DNA of 64,000 nt from a virus, in the IMG/VR virus record IMGVR_UViG_3300006028_000003, positions 12,032-76,031 of that record; one strand, given 5' to 3'. The notes beneath the pieces are model-generated. The model was not told where the DNA came from. It made no database searches and saw only the letters and a program-made list of their open reading frames with translations. Positions 1-9,562 of this stretch are shown piece after piece; the first letter of the stretch is position 1, and every line of letters starts with the position of its first letter. The position numbers and the translations under genes were made by a program.

Positions 1-119
1 CACTTACGTGCACTGTTGATCCGCGTTTTCATGTGTATCGTCCAGGCTTTGTGATGGAATCATTGATCTTTTCAGCGCGTCTTTTTTGACACAGATGCCT
101 AACGATACGAAATCATTGA

Positions 120-303
120 GGTCCAACCGGCCCAACTCGAAAATCGATCTCAGAGGGTAATGAGCGCAAACTTTACTCCTCCTCATCTGCGCCCTCCCCC
201 CCTATAGCAGAACCCTCTTGGACCGGTTGGACCAGTTGGACCTTACGTATATTTACCGAAGAAACGGGGGTCTCGTGGTCCGAGTGCGGTCCATTCGGGC
301 CGA
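120..303. repeat. Iteron-like TTGGACC/GGTCCAA repeats at the 3' end of vapE (candidate origin)
   Basis: TTGGACC at 218, 227, 236 (9-bp period); inverted GGTCCAA at 120 and GGCCCAA at 129; degenerate GGTCC at 277 and 288; AT-rich spacer 243-264. Confidence 0.55.
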
Positions 304-1624
304 CCGCTTTTAGGGTTCCACGTGTCGGTCGGTATACTCTTCGGCGCCCCTCGCCATCGCGCGGGCGGCCAGACAACCCCCACCCGCATGCGCGGAGAAC
401 TGCCGCAGCTCGCATTTCATCCCCTCTCGTGAGGTGGGCGGCCTCCTTCGTAAGCCCCATCGTTAGGAGCTCGTAGGTGGTCACCCCGTCATCTCGGCGC
501 TTCTGGGGAAGGCGTAGGAGCCAACGGTGGGCCGGGTCCTCCCAGGGGTCTGCGTGCCGCCTCGATTCGGCTACCTTCGCGGCCGTCGCGCGAATGGTGG
601 GATCAGAGATGAAGGGGAGCTCCCCCTTCTTGTACCGGTGGACCGCTTCGGCCCAGAGCTGATCGCGTTCCTCGATCAATGCCTCGACGTCGATGCTCTT
701 AGTGACCTGCACTGGATAAAAACGAGTCGCCCCCGTGTCGTCCTTCAGGTAGGTCGAGTCGTTCGTGGACCCCGCGAAGCCACACTGGCGAAAGAAGTCG
801 ATGCTCCGGCGGCCGTAGGAGGGCCGGTAGGTTGAAACCCTCTCACTCACATACTGCTTGACGCGGCTCGTCTCGCTTCGGCTAAGGGAATCGAGCTCCG
901 CAAACTCGACGATCCACTTTCCCCGGAGCGTTTGGTATGAATCCTTCGAACCCATCTCGATCGTGGTCTCGAGGAACCATTCATCGTGGGTCGCCAAAAC
1001 CCGGAGGGCCGTTGACTTGCGAATGTCTTGGGGCCCCTCAAGGATCAACATCATCCGGAACATGCACCCCGGCTCAAACGCCCGGCTCACCAACCCGATC
1101 ATCCACTTCGCGGTCACGCTTCGGGTGTAGTGGTCATCTTTGGCCCCCGCGTGACGAATGAGCCAAGAGTTGACCCGCTCCTCTCCATCCCACTCGAGGC
1201 TCGACAACCAATCTCTGACCGGGTGGAACTTCTTTTGCTCCGCGAAGACTTGAAGAGCGCTCCCGACGATCCAGTCAGGGCATATGACTCCGTGCTTCCG
1301 CGCGAGCCAAGCCCCACATCTCGTTGTGTCCTGATCGGTCCAATAGCGAGGGCCGGGCCGGCCGCTGGGATCAGCCCCGGGGGCTAGGTCTCCGCGCCAA
1401 GGCGGGGGCTTGGTGGCCTCGATGTCGCCGATGAAGGTGTTGAACCCAAGGACGTCCTTCCACTCCGGGTCGTTGCTAAGGGCGAGGATGACGTTACCGG
1501 CGGTGGAAGCAATCTCCCCCTTCTTGGTGCGGACGAAGAGGTTGTACCAGTTAGGGATGCCTACGACCGGTTGGGGCTTGGCCTTCGGTTTGACCGCCGG
1601 CTTGCCGTTAGTTTTGGCCTTCAT
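173..1624 (-). CDS. VapE/VirE-family P-loop helicase
   Basis: Walker A variant LEGPQDIRKST, Walker B WIVEFAELD, YRPSYGR, GSTN..YLKDDTGATRF, RDQLWAEA; start set at ATG 1624 overlapping the upstream stop. Confidence 0.92.
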   Translation of the reverse strand: MKAKTNGKPAVKPKAKPQPVVGIPNWYNLFVRTKKGEIASTAGNVILALSNDPEWKDVLGFNTFIGDIEATKPPPWRGDLAPGADPSGRPGPRYWTDQDTTRCGAWLARKHGVICPDWIVGSALQVFAEQKKFHPVRDWLSSLEWDGEERVNSWLIRHAGAKDDHYTRSVTAKWMIGLVSRAFEPGCMFRMMLILEGPQDIRKSTALRVLATHDEWFLETTIEMGSKDSYQTLRGKWIVEFAELDSLSRSETSRVKQYVSERVSTYRPSYGRRSIDFFRQCGFAGSTNDSTYLKDDTGATRFYPVQVTKSIDVEALIEERDQLWAEAVHRYKKGELPFISDPTIRATAAKVAESRRHADPWEDPAHRWLLRLPQKRRDDGVTTYELLTMGLTKEAAHLTRGDEMRAAAVLRACGWGLSGRPRDGEGRRRVYRPTRGTLKAVGPNGPHSDHETPVSSVNIRKVQLVQPVQEGSAIGGEGADEEE

Positions 1625-2061
1625 TCGGCCTTCGAGGGGGGCTTCAAAGGGAGCTTTGACCGATCGCGCATCCAATCAGGGCGCTTGGCTTCTTTCTCAT
1701 CGTAGAACTTCCTACGCCACTTTTGATCCGCCTCTGGGTCGACGACCCAGCGGGTTCCGCCAAACATCGAATGGCCCATTCTTTGGGAAGAGGCCCGCCA
1801 AATTTCTAGCTTTTTGATTACGCGAGCTTGAGAAGGTGCGATGAAGCCAAAGGGGAGAGTGAGCCAATACTCTAAGATTTTGCGGGCCTCGGGGGTGATC
1901 CGCTTGTCTTCGATGAGCGCGGTGATGCGACTAATTAGCGCAGGGTCGTCCCCCTGTTGGGCAATTGACTTCGTGACGCGACCTCGGTCGAACCGCTCCC
2001 CCATTAGGCCGGTATAAAAGGCTTTTCTTTCCGTATTCGCCTTGAATCGATCCTTGGCCAT
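1621..2061 (-). CDS. Hypothetical protein ending in LPLKPP
   Basis: 146 aa ORF coupled to vapE. Confidence 0.7.
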   Translation of the reverse strand: MAKDRFKANTERKAFYTGLMGERFDRGRVTKSIAQQGDDPALISRITALIEDKRITPEARKILEYWLTLPFGFIAPSQARVIKKLEIWRASSQRMGHSMFGGTRWVVDPEADQKWRRKFYDEKEAKRPDWMRDRSKLPLKPPSKAE

Positions 2062-2241
2062 TTACTTGGCCCTCGGCTTGAGCCGAACGACGCGGGCCTG
2101 CGGATGGTAATCGGCGATAGCCTTCGCAAAGCCACGATCGTAGGAGCGCCACGCAAACTTCTGATGGAATGTCCAAACATCCGGGCCGAGACCCCCGCGG
2201 AAGTAGCTATCTTCCCCGCGCTTGATGATCCAAGTTTTCAT
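2062..2241 (-). CDS. Small hypothetical protein
   Basis: MKTWIIKRG... start overlaps the upstream stop (ATGA). Confidence 0.6.
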   Translation of the reverse strand: MKTWIIKRGEDSYFRGGLGPDVWTFHQKFAWRSYDRGFAKAIADYHPQARVVRLKPRAK

Positions 2242-2651
2242 CCCGCCACCTTTCTCAATCTGACCTCGGTGACTTCCCGTCGAATAAACCGTCGAAGCAA
2301 CTTCCCCCAACCTTTCCCGGATGTGTGAAGGATCCCGTCAAGGGCCACTATACAAACCGGGATGGTCAATTGATTTGCCCAACGTTTCACCCCCGCGTGG
2401 CTGTTCCCGGTCGTTGTCGCGAGCAGGATCAAGTCAGGGTTGGCCTCTGGAATATGGTTTGCCATGCGGTCAGCTTGGAGGATTCGGTAAGGAATGTTAT
2501 TGATGTCAACCCAACCGCTTGCTGCTAAGTCAACCCCGGATCTTCTTTGTGAGGCTCCATGGATCACCTCAGTGATGCCAAAAAGATCATGGAGCTTGGT
2601 TAGGGCTTGTGGGATTCGTTTGCCGGAGGCGCCACAAACGAAAACTCTCAT
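2238..2651 (-). CDS. YspA/SLOG-like (DUF2493-type) protein
   Basis: MRVFVCG...ITEVIHGA...GVDLAASGW...PDLILL pattern. Confidence 0.7.
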   Translation of the reverse strand: MRVFVCGASGKRIPQALTKLHDLFGITEVIHGASQRRSGVDLAASGWVDINNIPYRILQADRMANHIPEANPDLILLATTTGNSHAGVKRWANQLTIPVCIVALDGILHTSGKGWGKLLRRFIRREVTEVRLRKVAG

Positions 2652-2818
2652 TTGCCTTGGTTCACTTTCACTTCGACGATGCAGAGGGCCCCATTGACTT
2701 CCGCAAGGCACCGCCACGTACCATCGGGTTGCTTCTTGGCCTTCCCTATGAAGAAGACCTTTCTGTCCTTGTCGTAGATGCCGTCGAGGTTTATTTCCGT
2801 CAGCTCGACGGTGATCAC
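2648..2818 (-). CDS. Small hypothetical protein (56 aa, below the track cutoff)
   Basis: GTG start and TGA stop both overlap neighbours; ITVELTEINLDGIYDKDRKVFFIGK... Confidence 0.55.
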   Translation of the reverse strand: MITVELTEINLDGIYDKDRKVFFIGKAKKQPDGTWRCLAEVNGALCIVEVKVNQGK

Positions 2819-3012
2819 GATCGCATCCTTATCGGAATCGCGTACGGGTTTCCCCCAACCCCCTCGACCATGATGCGGCCCACAATCCGGACCAGATCTT
2901 TTTCATGCGGGGTCGAAGCGATTGACTTGAATAGCTCGATCCGGAGCCCGTCGGGCCCGGCGATGTAGATCATCTCCCCGTCGAACTCAAGGCGGCGGCC
3001 TTTGGGGGTCAT
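2815..3012 (-). CDS. Small hypothetical protein
   Basis: MTPKGRRLEFDG..., coupled to neighbours. Confidence 0.55.
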   Translation of the reverse strand: MTPKGRRLEFDGEMIYIAGPDGLRIELFKSIASTPHEKDLVRIVGRIMVEGVGGNPYAIPIRMRS

Positions 3013-3218
3013 CAAGGATGCCTCGGGCAAAGGGGATCGGAGTCAATGTGGACCTCACTGCAGCCGCGACATTTGAAGCGACGGCATGTGCAGGGGAGGG
3101 CCTTGCGAGCTTGGATGGCATCGAGCTCCTCAAGAATGTTCTTAGGAAGCCCCCCGACGCGCGCCCATCGCTCCAGCTTCCGTAAAGCCTCCAGCTCCTC
3201 TTTTTCAAGGTCGTCCAT
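3012..3218 (-). CDS. Small Cys/His-rich Zn-binding protein
   Basis: CTC..C..C..H....C..H; RBS-like AAAGGCGG upstream. Confidence 0.6.
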   Translation of the reverse strand: MDDLEKEELEALRKLERWARVGGLPKNILEELDAIQARKALPCTCRRFKCRGCSEVHIDSDPLCPRHP

Positions 3219-3254
3219 GTCGCCGCCTTTCTTCCGCTTCCCCCGGAAAGGATG

Positions 3255-3282
3255 ACGCTACTCCCCCCGGGGCCTAACGCAA
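3255..3282 (-). promoter_or_regulatory. Sigma70-like promoter for the leftward operon
   Basis: TTGCGT-N16-TAGCGT in the divergent intergenic gap. Confidence 0.45.
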
Positions 3283-3352
3283 GGGCTGTAGGCTAACTGA
3301 GACGCGTTGGAGACTTTGCGGGCGGAAAACCGGATGCTAGGTGTAGGATTCA

Positions 3353-3553
3353 ATGAACGACCGTCTCCCGATGGATCTCGTCAGCCGAGCGAAACGCGCC
3401 TACACTGACCACCGTACGTCTCGGCAAGAGCTCGAAGGTTACGTTTCGGACCTCTGCAACGCCTTGGAGGCGACCCAAAAGGCCCTCGCCAATTATCGGT
3501 GGATGCTAGGGGATGCTACCGACGAGATAATTCGGATGAAACAAGGAAGATAA
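3353..3553 (+). CDS. Hypothetical helical protein
   Basis: First gene of the rightward operon; TAATG overlap with the next ORF. Confidence 0.6.
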   Translation: MNDRLPMDLVSRAKRAYTDHRTSRQELEGYVSDLCNALEATQKALANYRWMLGDATDEIIRMKQGR

Positions 3554-3838
3554 TGGGAAACCCGAAGCCTGATCATCCCTGGCGACAGAAGCGCTACCCC
3601 CAACCGAAGCCCTATCCAAAACCCTGCCCTGGCGCGGCCTATGTTAGAGTTGAGGTGCCCACGGTGATGGATCCCAGATTGATGCCGGCTCCCGAAGAGC
3701 CTCAGCCTCAATGAAACGCATCCTAGCGCGGCTCCACTACCTTCTCGTGGCCTACACGCCCTTTTGGCGCGTCTCACGCTGGTGGGTGCTTAGGCAGATT
3801 CGGTTGGGGCATCGCCCAAGACCGCCGTTGGTTTCTCG

Positions 3839-4093
3839 ATGAGGCCCCCCTTCGCCGGCCCCCCCATGAAGCTCCCCGAGTCCGTCGTCATCTCCGCCCA
3901 CTTCAAGAACCCGCAAGAGGCGGAGTTGGTCAAGAAGGCAGCGAAGGCCATCGGGTTGACCCCTTCAGCTTTCATGCGGCAACTAGCCTTGGAAAAAGCA
4001 AGTGTGATTTCCGACGGGTGGGACATCCGACAGATGAAGAGGCGGGCCAAGGGCCAGTTGAAGTTGAGGGTGATTGAAGGAGGAAAGAAATGA
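3839..4093 (+). CDS. Ribbon-helix-helix DNA-binding protein (DUF1778-like)
   Basis: VISAHF..QEAELVKKAAKAIGLTPSAFMRQLALEKA pattern. Confidence 0.7.
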   Translation: MRPPFAGPPMKLPESVVISAHFKNPQEAELVKKAAKAIGLTPSAFMRQLALEKASVISDGWDIRQMKRRAKGQLKLRVIEGGKK

Positions 4094-4626
4094 AATGGGC
4101 AATCTGGGTCACAGCGGGTACATACTCTGAATGGTATGGTGGTAACGACTACCCGTTGCTATTCGATGAGGAGTCCGCGAAAAAGTCGGCTGCGCGGTAC
4201 ACCGCGGCCTCAAAAATGAAAAACATCTATGAGGCGCGAGAGTATCCCGAGGCTCCTCTTTGGGAAGCGGCCTCTGCCTTAGAAATCACACAACTAGTGG
4301 GCCCTCAAGGCTCAGCCCCTGGTGACCTTGTCTTCACTACCGCTAGCGGCGAGGCCCTTCGCCTCAAGTCCAACGGCGACATCATCCGAAACAGAAAGGT
4401 CCTCGGAACCGATCCGGAAATAGTCGAGGGCCTCAAGTCGTTCGTAAGCTTTACCCTCCCTGAGGCGATCATCGCTCGTCGGCTCCACGCGACTGACCCT
4501 AGGGTCATCGCCTTCGTTGCCGATCGAATCGTCGAGGGGGTGACCGTCGAAAAGGTTTGGGGTCGTGATGAAGGCGGGTGGGCTACTGAGGCTCAGGCTC
4601 GGGCGGCGGAAATGGTAAAGCTATGA
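4090..4626 (+). CDS. Hypothetical protein
   Basis: 178 aa, AGGA RBS, ATGA overlap. Confidence 0.65.
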   Translation: MKWAIWVTAGTYSEWYGGNDYPLLFDEESAKKSAARYTAASKMKNIYEAREYPEAPLWEAASALEITQLVGPQGSAPGDLVFTTASGEALRLKSNGDIIRNRKVLGTDPEIVEGLKSFVSFTLPEAIIARRLHATDPRVIAFVADRIVEGVTVEKVWGRDEGGWATEAQARAAEMVKL

Positions 4627-4720
4627 ATCCCGCAACCTGGCCTTGGTGGCTCCTCATTCTGATCGGGATCATCATCGCTTTGATTGTCTTCTTCCTTCTC
4701 TACTGGATCTTGGAAAAACT

Positions 4721-4942
4721 ATGACCGCAGTGGTTTCGAAGGAGCTATCGGAATATCAACTTGACATCCTCAAAGCGTTGGAAAGGGATGGCCCAACCCG
4801 AGCTTTTCTCTTCAACGACGAAGACCTTGATCCCCTTTTCAAGATGCGGCCCCGGCTAATCCAGCTCGTCAAAGGCCATGTTGAGGCAGTGGTCGACATT
4901 ACGGGGGATGGGATCAAGAAGTTGAGGACCTATGGTCGTTGA
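4721..4942 (+). CDS. Small winged-helix-like protein
   Basis: LSEYQLDILKAL...LIQL...ITGDGIKKL pattern. Confidence 0.5.
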   Translation: MTAVVSKELSEYQLDILKALERDGPTRAFLFNDEDLDPLFKMRPRLIQLVKGHVEAVVDITGDGIKKLRTYGR

Positions 4943-5147
4943 TGGTTGGAGGTTTCAGGTGCAACGAGCGTCAATAAGAGTGGGGCCCCTAGTCGTTGAG
5001 GCCTACCACTCCTCCGATGGGAAATGGCGATGGCACGTAGAGCCGTTCGAGGCTTCACCTGACGACACGTGGGAAGTTCTTGGGGTGAGCCCTACCCTCG
5101 AGAAGGCCCAGGAGGCCGCCAAGTCCATCGCCGAAAAGCTTCGATGA
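4932..5147 (+). CDS. Small hypothetical protein
   Basis: GAGGA RBS; ...TLEKAQEAA motif typical of small phage proteins. Confidence 0.55.
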   Translation: MVVDGWRFQVQRASIRVGPLVVEAYHSSDGKWRWHVEPFEASPDDTWEVLGVSPTLEKAQEAAKSIAEKLR

Positions 5148-5500
5148 TCGACCTTCACGATGGGGTAGCTTCCCTTTTCGCCGAAGCCAACGGGCCCCGC
5201 GACACACGCGATGAAGATGAAGTGAGGCATGACAACTGGGGGGCTCATTTCCTCTCCCTCCGCGGCGAGGATGACCTAAATCGCCGGTGGGAGAAGACCC
5301 TCCGAGTGAGCTACGAGATAACCCCCATCGCCCCGGTGAGGTTGATGCGATGCCCCCGGTGTAAGGGGCACGCTGAAGTGAGGCCAGGCTCCCCCCTTGC
5401 GATTTGCTTCACTCGCGCTTGCGGAACGATCGGGCTATCGACTAACCCCGCATCGGTGAGGGTTCGAGAGTGGAGAGCTAAACGTCGTGAAAAAACCTAG
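5144..5500 (+). CDS. Zn-finger protein
   Basis: CPRC...C...C, basic C-terminus; ATGA overlap. Confidence 0.6.
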   Translation: MIDLHDGVASLFAEANGPRDTRDEDEVRHDNWGAHFLSLRGEDDLNRRWEKTLRVSYEITPIAPVRLMRCPRCKGHAEVRPGSPLAICFTRACGTIGLSTNPASVRVREWRAKRREKT

Positions 5501-6800
5501 GGGCTTCAAGCATCGGTCAGGCGGCAATTGTTGGGAGGGCATCGTCTCACCCCAAGATGAGGATGTTTGCCTTCACCATGACGAACCGCGAGGGGATTGC
5601 AGTGAGTGCCCCCGCTGCCCCGCTTGCGATAACTTGAACCTAGCAACGAGTCTTTCCGCGGAGATTGTTGAGGCCACCCCGGAAACATATGTTCTCAATC
5701 CGAGCGCCAGTAAAGTTGACCTCCTGTTTGCCTGCACCTATCCGTTTGGGAAGACCCTGAAGCGAGAGGTGGTCGGCGAGCGAACCCGCTTCGGAAGCGC
5801 CTTCCATGAGGTGATGGAAGGGATCAAACCTGGATGCCTCCCGTCTAAGTCGACCACCAAGCGAATCGCCGAGAAGTGGGCCGTCGATCGAGAAGAGCTC
5901 GAGAGTCGGATCTACGAGGCCTCCCCCGTCATCGCGAAGTGGCTCTCCGGCGGTAACATGTGGGGCCTCGACTTTGTCGCCGCTGGAATCGAAACCGAGA
6001 TCTCCATCGCGGTTGACCCCAGAACCCATGAAGCCCGCTTCCTTCCGGATGGCCCGGGGGAGCACCACGATTACCCGGGGAGGCAACCGGGAGAGGTCCC
6101 GGGCACCGCCGACGTGGTCTCGACCATGGTGCATCCGGAAAGCGCCGGCCTCAAGACCCTCTTGGTGCTTGACCATAAATCCGGCTGGAACGTCGCCCAA
6201 GGCTGGCAACCCCAGACCCCCGCCGAGTCCGGCCAGCTTCGGACCCTTGCATTGGCCCTCGCGGAGCTTTACCAGGTCGACCAGGTCATAGTGGCCTTCT
6301 TCCATGTCCCCCTCGAAGGTCAACCGACGGTCTACGCGGATCTCCTTACACGTGAGGATTTGGAATCCCATCGGAAGGCCCTCAAGTCAGCGCTAGGCAA
6401 CGTCGGTTCCGATTGGCTTCGCCCTGGGCCTTGGTGCCCCCTCTGCCCGGCCTTTACCATCTGCCCAACCCAGACCACCGCCCTCGTTGAGTTGAAGCGG
6501 GGAAGCGGAAACTTGACTGCGGAGAGGGTCGGGGCGATCCACCAGGCGACGGCGCTTTATGACAACCTCCGGGAGAAGCTTCGGGAGGAAATGCGCGCCT
6601 GGGTAAGTAAAAATGGCCCCGGGGTCCGGCCCGACGGGCAACTAGTCGACTTGGTTCCTCGGCCCCGGACCAACCTGAGCCAAGCCTCGGTAGTGAGGGC
6701 CTATGGCCCCCTAAAGGGCGCCAAGGTCCTTGCGAAATTGAAAGCCGATGGGGCCATCGAGGAAAAGGAAAACCTCGAGCTCCGAGCGGTCCGTCGCTAA
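5487..6800 (+). CDS. PD-(D/E)XK (Cas4/RecB-like) nuclease
   Basis: GSAFHE, GTADVV, VLDHKSG, QLRTLAL, PGPWCPLCP..TICP Cys cluster. Confidence 0.85.
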   Translation: MKKPRGFKHRSGGNCWEGIVSPQDEDVCLHHDEPRGDCSECPRCPACDNLNLATSLSAEIVEATPETYVLNPSASKVDLLFACTYPFGKTLKREVVGERTRFGSAFHEVMEGIKPGCLPSKSTTKRIAEKWAVDREELESRIYEASPVIAKWLSGGNMWGLDFVAAGIETEISIAVDPRTHEARFLPDGPGEHHDYPGRQPGEVPGTADVVSTMVHPESAGLKTLLVLDHKSGWNVAQGWQPQTPAESGQLRTLALALAELYQVDQVIVAFFHVPLEGQPTVYADLLTREDLESHRKALKSALGNVGSDWLRPGPWCPLCPAFTICPTQTTALVELKRGSGNLTAERVGAIHQATALYDNLREKLREEMRAWVSKNGPGVRPDGQLVDLVPRPRTNLSQASVVRAYGPLKGAKVLAKLKADGAIEEKENLELRAVRR

Positions 6801-8311
6801 ACCCCTATGAGCGCTGCGTTGGTGGCCGGATTTATGGCCGCGAAGCCGAATCCCCCGGCCCCAATTGTCGCCGCGAAGTGGGCCCACGTCGTCGTTCTTG
6901 TGGCAGGCCCACCCGCTTCAGTGTAGGCCCCCGCCGCTTCGTTCCAGGCCCGCGCGACGGTTACTGCCGCCCCGCCGTTTTCGCCGATGAAGCCGAAGTC
7001 ACCGAGGGTTCCCGTAACGCTAGGGACAAACCCCAGAGCGGCGGTGAGGCCGCCGGTGGCCCCTGGCCCTACCGCAACCCCCAACCCCGCGTTGCCGTTG
7101 CCCCAAATGAGCGATGGGGCTTCCTCTCCTAGGAGCCCTAGGTTGTTACCGAGATTGGCCGTCAACAAGAATGAGAGGGCCCCCTGAGGGCCTTCTGGTA
7201 GGAATGTATTGTCTTGGAGCTGCAATGTTCCGGCGCCGGTAATGGTAGCTAAACCAACTGAAACGTTGACGAAGCCGGTCTGCTGATCGAGGGCTAGCCC
7301 TAGCCCAGTGAGGTAAACATCGTTGAATAGAACAAGATAACCGGCCCACCCATCGGCCCCTGTCGTTACGAAAAGCCCTGCCTGAAGCACAATAATAGCT
7401 GCGGGAGTAAAAGTAAGCATGACCGCCCCAGAAGCGCAGTAGCAATCGAGGAATGCTCCCCCCATGACAAGGGGGGCCTCGAAGGAGCAACGCTGGTACA
7501 GCCCGCCGCACAACGTGTTGCCCCCCGAGCTAGCGGTAAAGGCAAAGTCATTGAATACCGCCTGGCCCCCAGCACCACTAGTGTTTGTATTCGTGTAGCC
7601 CGTCGATGTGGCTAGCGTGAGAAGGGACCCTCGAACAATTTGGTAGCTATCCCCTATTGTGAAAACCGCCGCTGGCCCGACGAAGCTCTCCTCTGAATAA
7701 TTCGAGGGTGAGATAGGCCGCGTAGTGCTTGCCGTCGCGGTACCACTTACGATCCATGCGCCGGTACCGGCGTTTAGGCCCGATGTATCGACGATCTTGG
7801 TAGGGTGGGGGGCGGTGCCGCTTCCGAAGTTGAAGACGAACGGGGCGAACGTCGCGAGGTCGCTTACGTGGACCAGTTGCCGCTGGCCCCCGCCGGCCGC
7901 GAAGGGGTTGATTGCAACTGTTCCCGCGTTGAAGGCCCCTCCGGTATGTAGAACTTGGATGGTTCCCTGGAAGATCAAATTGAAGCCATTGAAGTCGATC
8001 GTTGAGAAGTCAAGCGATGCCCCAGCCGCATCGTCGGACATGTAGGTTATGATCCGATCCGCGGGGAGCCTCTTCATGAAGAGAAGGGAGTTCAGGTGAG
8101 CCGTAGTGAGGATGGGCCCCGATCCCGCTGGGATATTATTGTTGGTGGCCCCCGTATTGGAATCGGAGGCAACCCCACTGACGTTGGCTGGGTCGATGAA
8201 GGCAATAGGGCCTAGAGGTGTTCGCTGGAGGATAGATCCCCCGCTCTTGTTAGACTCTAGAAGCTCTAAGGCCTCTAGCCGTTTGACCCTTCCTCTGTCT
8301 GTTGGTTTCAA
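6797..8311 (-). CDS. Putative virion spike/receptor-binding protein, paralog 3
   Basis: Gly/Ala/Thr-rich beta protein; FIDP.N..G.ASDSN.G shared with two neighbours; TTG start. Confidence 0.65.
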   Translation of the reverse strand: MKPTDRGRVKRLEALELLESNKSGGSILQRTPLGPIAFIDPANVSGVASDSNTGATNNNIPAGSGPILTTAHLNSLLFMKRLPADRIITYMSDDAAGASLDFSTIDFNGFNLIFQGTIQVLHTGGAFNAGTVAINPFAAGGGQRQLVHVSDLATFAPFVFNFGSGTAPHPTKIVDTSGLNAGTGAWIVSGTATASTTRPISPSNYSEESFVGPAAVFTIGDSYQIVRGSLLTLATSTGYTNTNTSGAGGQAVFNDFAFTASSGGNTLCGGLYQRCSFEAPLVMGGAFLDCYCASGAVMLTFTPAAIIVLQAGLFVTTGADGWAGYLVLFNDVYLTGLGLALDQQTGFVNVSVGLATITGAGTLQLQDNTFLPEGPQGALSFLLTANLGNNLGLLGEEAPSLIWGNGNAGLGVAVGPGATGGLTAALGFVPSVTGTLGDFGFIGENGGAAVTVARAWNEAAGAYTEAGGPATRTTTWAHFAATIGAGGFGFAAINPATNAALIGV

Positions 8312-9562
8312 TTAGGCCCCTAGAATGTTACTGATGGCCCCGTGGCCCGGTAGGAATAGACCATACCCCACCGGGTCGTCGTTGGCGTCAATGTTCGTGG
8401 GGGTAATCGGAATATTCGTCGTCAAACCCCCGGTCGTTTGGTTGACGCTACAAGCCGTCGATCGCGAAGAGATAGTGGTCCCCCCGGTTTGGAGTAGAAC
8501 ATCGACGGCTTTCTCACCGCCGGGGAGGAACACCCTCCCTTCACTTATTTCGAACCGCCCTGGGCCCCACAAGCGAGCCTCCCCATACGCGAAGGGGGTG
8601 ATGGCGGTCAGATCCCCCACGAGCATCGGCCTAGATAAAAATACGGTTCCGAAAACACATCCGTTGCCTACCGGCGATGAGCCATTGAAGGCAGCTACGA
8701 TGAAGTTCCCATCGAAGACAGCTCCGGCGACACTAAATCCACCAAACCCTCCGTAGACCTTCGGCCCCGGCACCCCAACGATCATGGTGCCGATCCCGGT
8801 AGTGCATGGGGAGCCCCCCTGAAGGCCGAGGGAGTCGGTGAAGATGCAGTTGAGGAAAACCGTCGAATGAGCCGAAGCTGGTTTTGATAAGACCACCCGA
8901 CGATCGCATCGGCAGTCGAGCAAAGCAACGGAATCCCCCAGGTAACATACCCCTCCGCCTAAGAGGCCTAGGTTTTGGATGATTGCCCGGTTATTCCCCT
9001 CGGCCATCAACGGCTCGAATAGAGCTAAATCAATCTCTACCAACGATTGAATCTCAAAGGCATCGCCGTTAGCCCAGGTATCAACCATATTTGGTGCCGA
9101 CAGGGAAATTGTTGAGGCCTCCATCGGCTGGCTTAGACTAAAGGATGTCCCGGCCGTGGCGGTGAAGGCCCACGCTTTACTCGGCTTGGTGATGTTGACG
9201 ACCAGGGCGTTGGGGAAACCTAGGCCCCCTAGATCTGTCGTCGGAAGGTTACCGGCGATGTAATCCTTCGGGGTGAACCCAGCCAGGTTACCGGAGGCGA
9301 CTATTTCCGGGGCCCCCACAAAGGTGACCCGGGCCCCCCGGGCCATCGTCGGCCGGAAAACGATTGGGTCGCTTCCGTCGGTCGGGGATCCGTTGAGGAA
9401 TGTAAAGGTGGTGTCTTGGGGCAACGTCGGGGCTTGGGTTTGGTATCGCCTCTCGATCTCGGCCCAGGTTTTTACTGGTGTCGAGGAGAAGGCCCCATCG
9501 TTACCATCGCTCCCGTTGATCGGATCGATGACCCAATTCGGCTGTAGCCAGAAGCTGTTCAT
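8312..9562 (-). CDS. Putative virion spike/receptor-binding protein, paralog 2
   Basis: Aligns by eye with 9559..10944 (FWL..W.IDP, DPI.F.PT, VDTWANGD.F, N.PITP..IDA..DP.G.G). Confidence 0.68.
   Translation of the reverse strand: MNSFWLQPNWVIDPINGSDGNDGAFSSTPVKTWAEIERRYQTQAPTLPQDTTFTFLNGSPTDGSDPIVFRPTMARGARVTFVGAPEIVASGNLAGFTPKDYIAGNLPTTDLGGLGFPNALVVNITKPSKAWAFTATAGTSFSLSQPMEASTISLSAPNMVDTWANGDAFEIQSLVEIDLALFEPLMAEGNNRAIIQNLGLLGGGVCYLGDSVALLDCRCDRRVVLSKPASAHSTVFLNCIFTDSLGLQGGSPCTTGIGTMIVGVPGPKVYGGFGGFSVAGAVFDGNFIVAAFNGSSPVGNGCVFGTVFLSRPMLVGDLTAITPFAYGEARLWGPGRFEISEGRVFLPGGEKAVDVLLQTGGTTISSRSTACSVNQTTGGLTTNIPITPTNIDANDDPVGYGLFLPGHGAISNILGA

Noticed and set aside
4-186. 60-aa ORF at the window start
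   Set aside because: No RBS or motif, and it overlaps the candidate origin repeats; cannot be supported without flanking sequence.
173-1624. VapE as the genome-packaging ATPase
   Set aside because: Motifs match VapE/VirE helicases, not FtsK/HerA/A32. No packaging ATPase is recognisable in the window; it may lie outside.
5487-6800. CRISPR-associated cas4
   Set aside because: No array or other cas genes; stand-alone phage PD-(D/E)XK nucleases are common.
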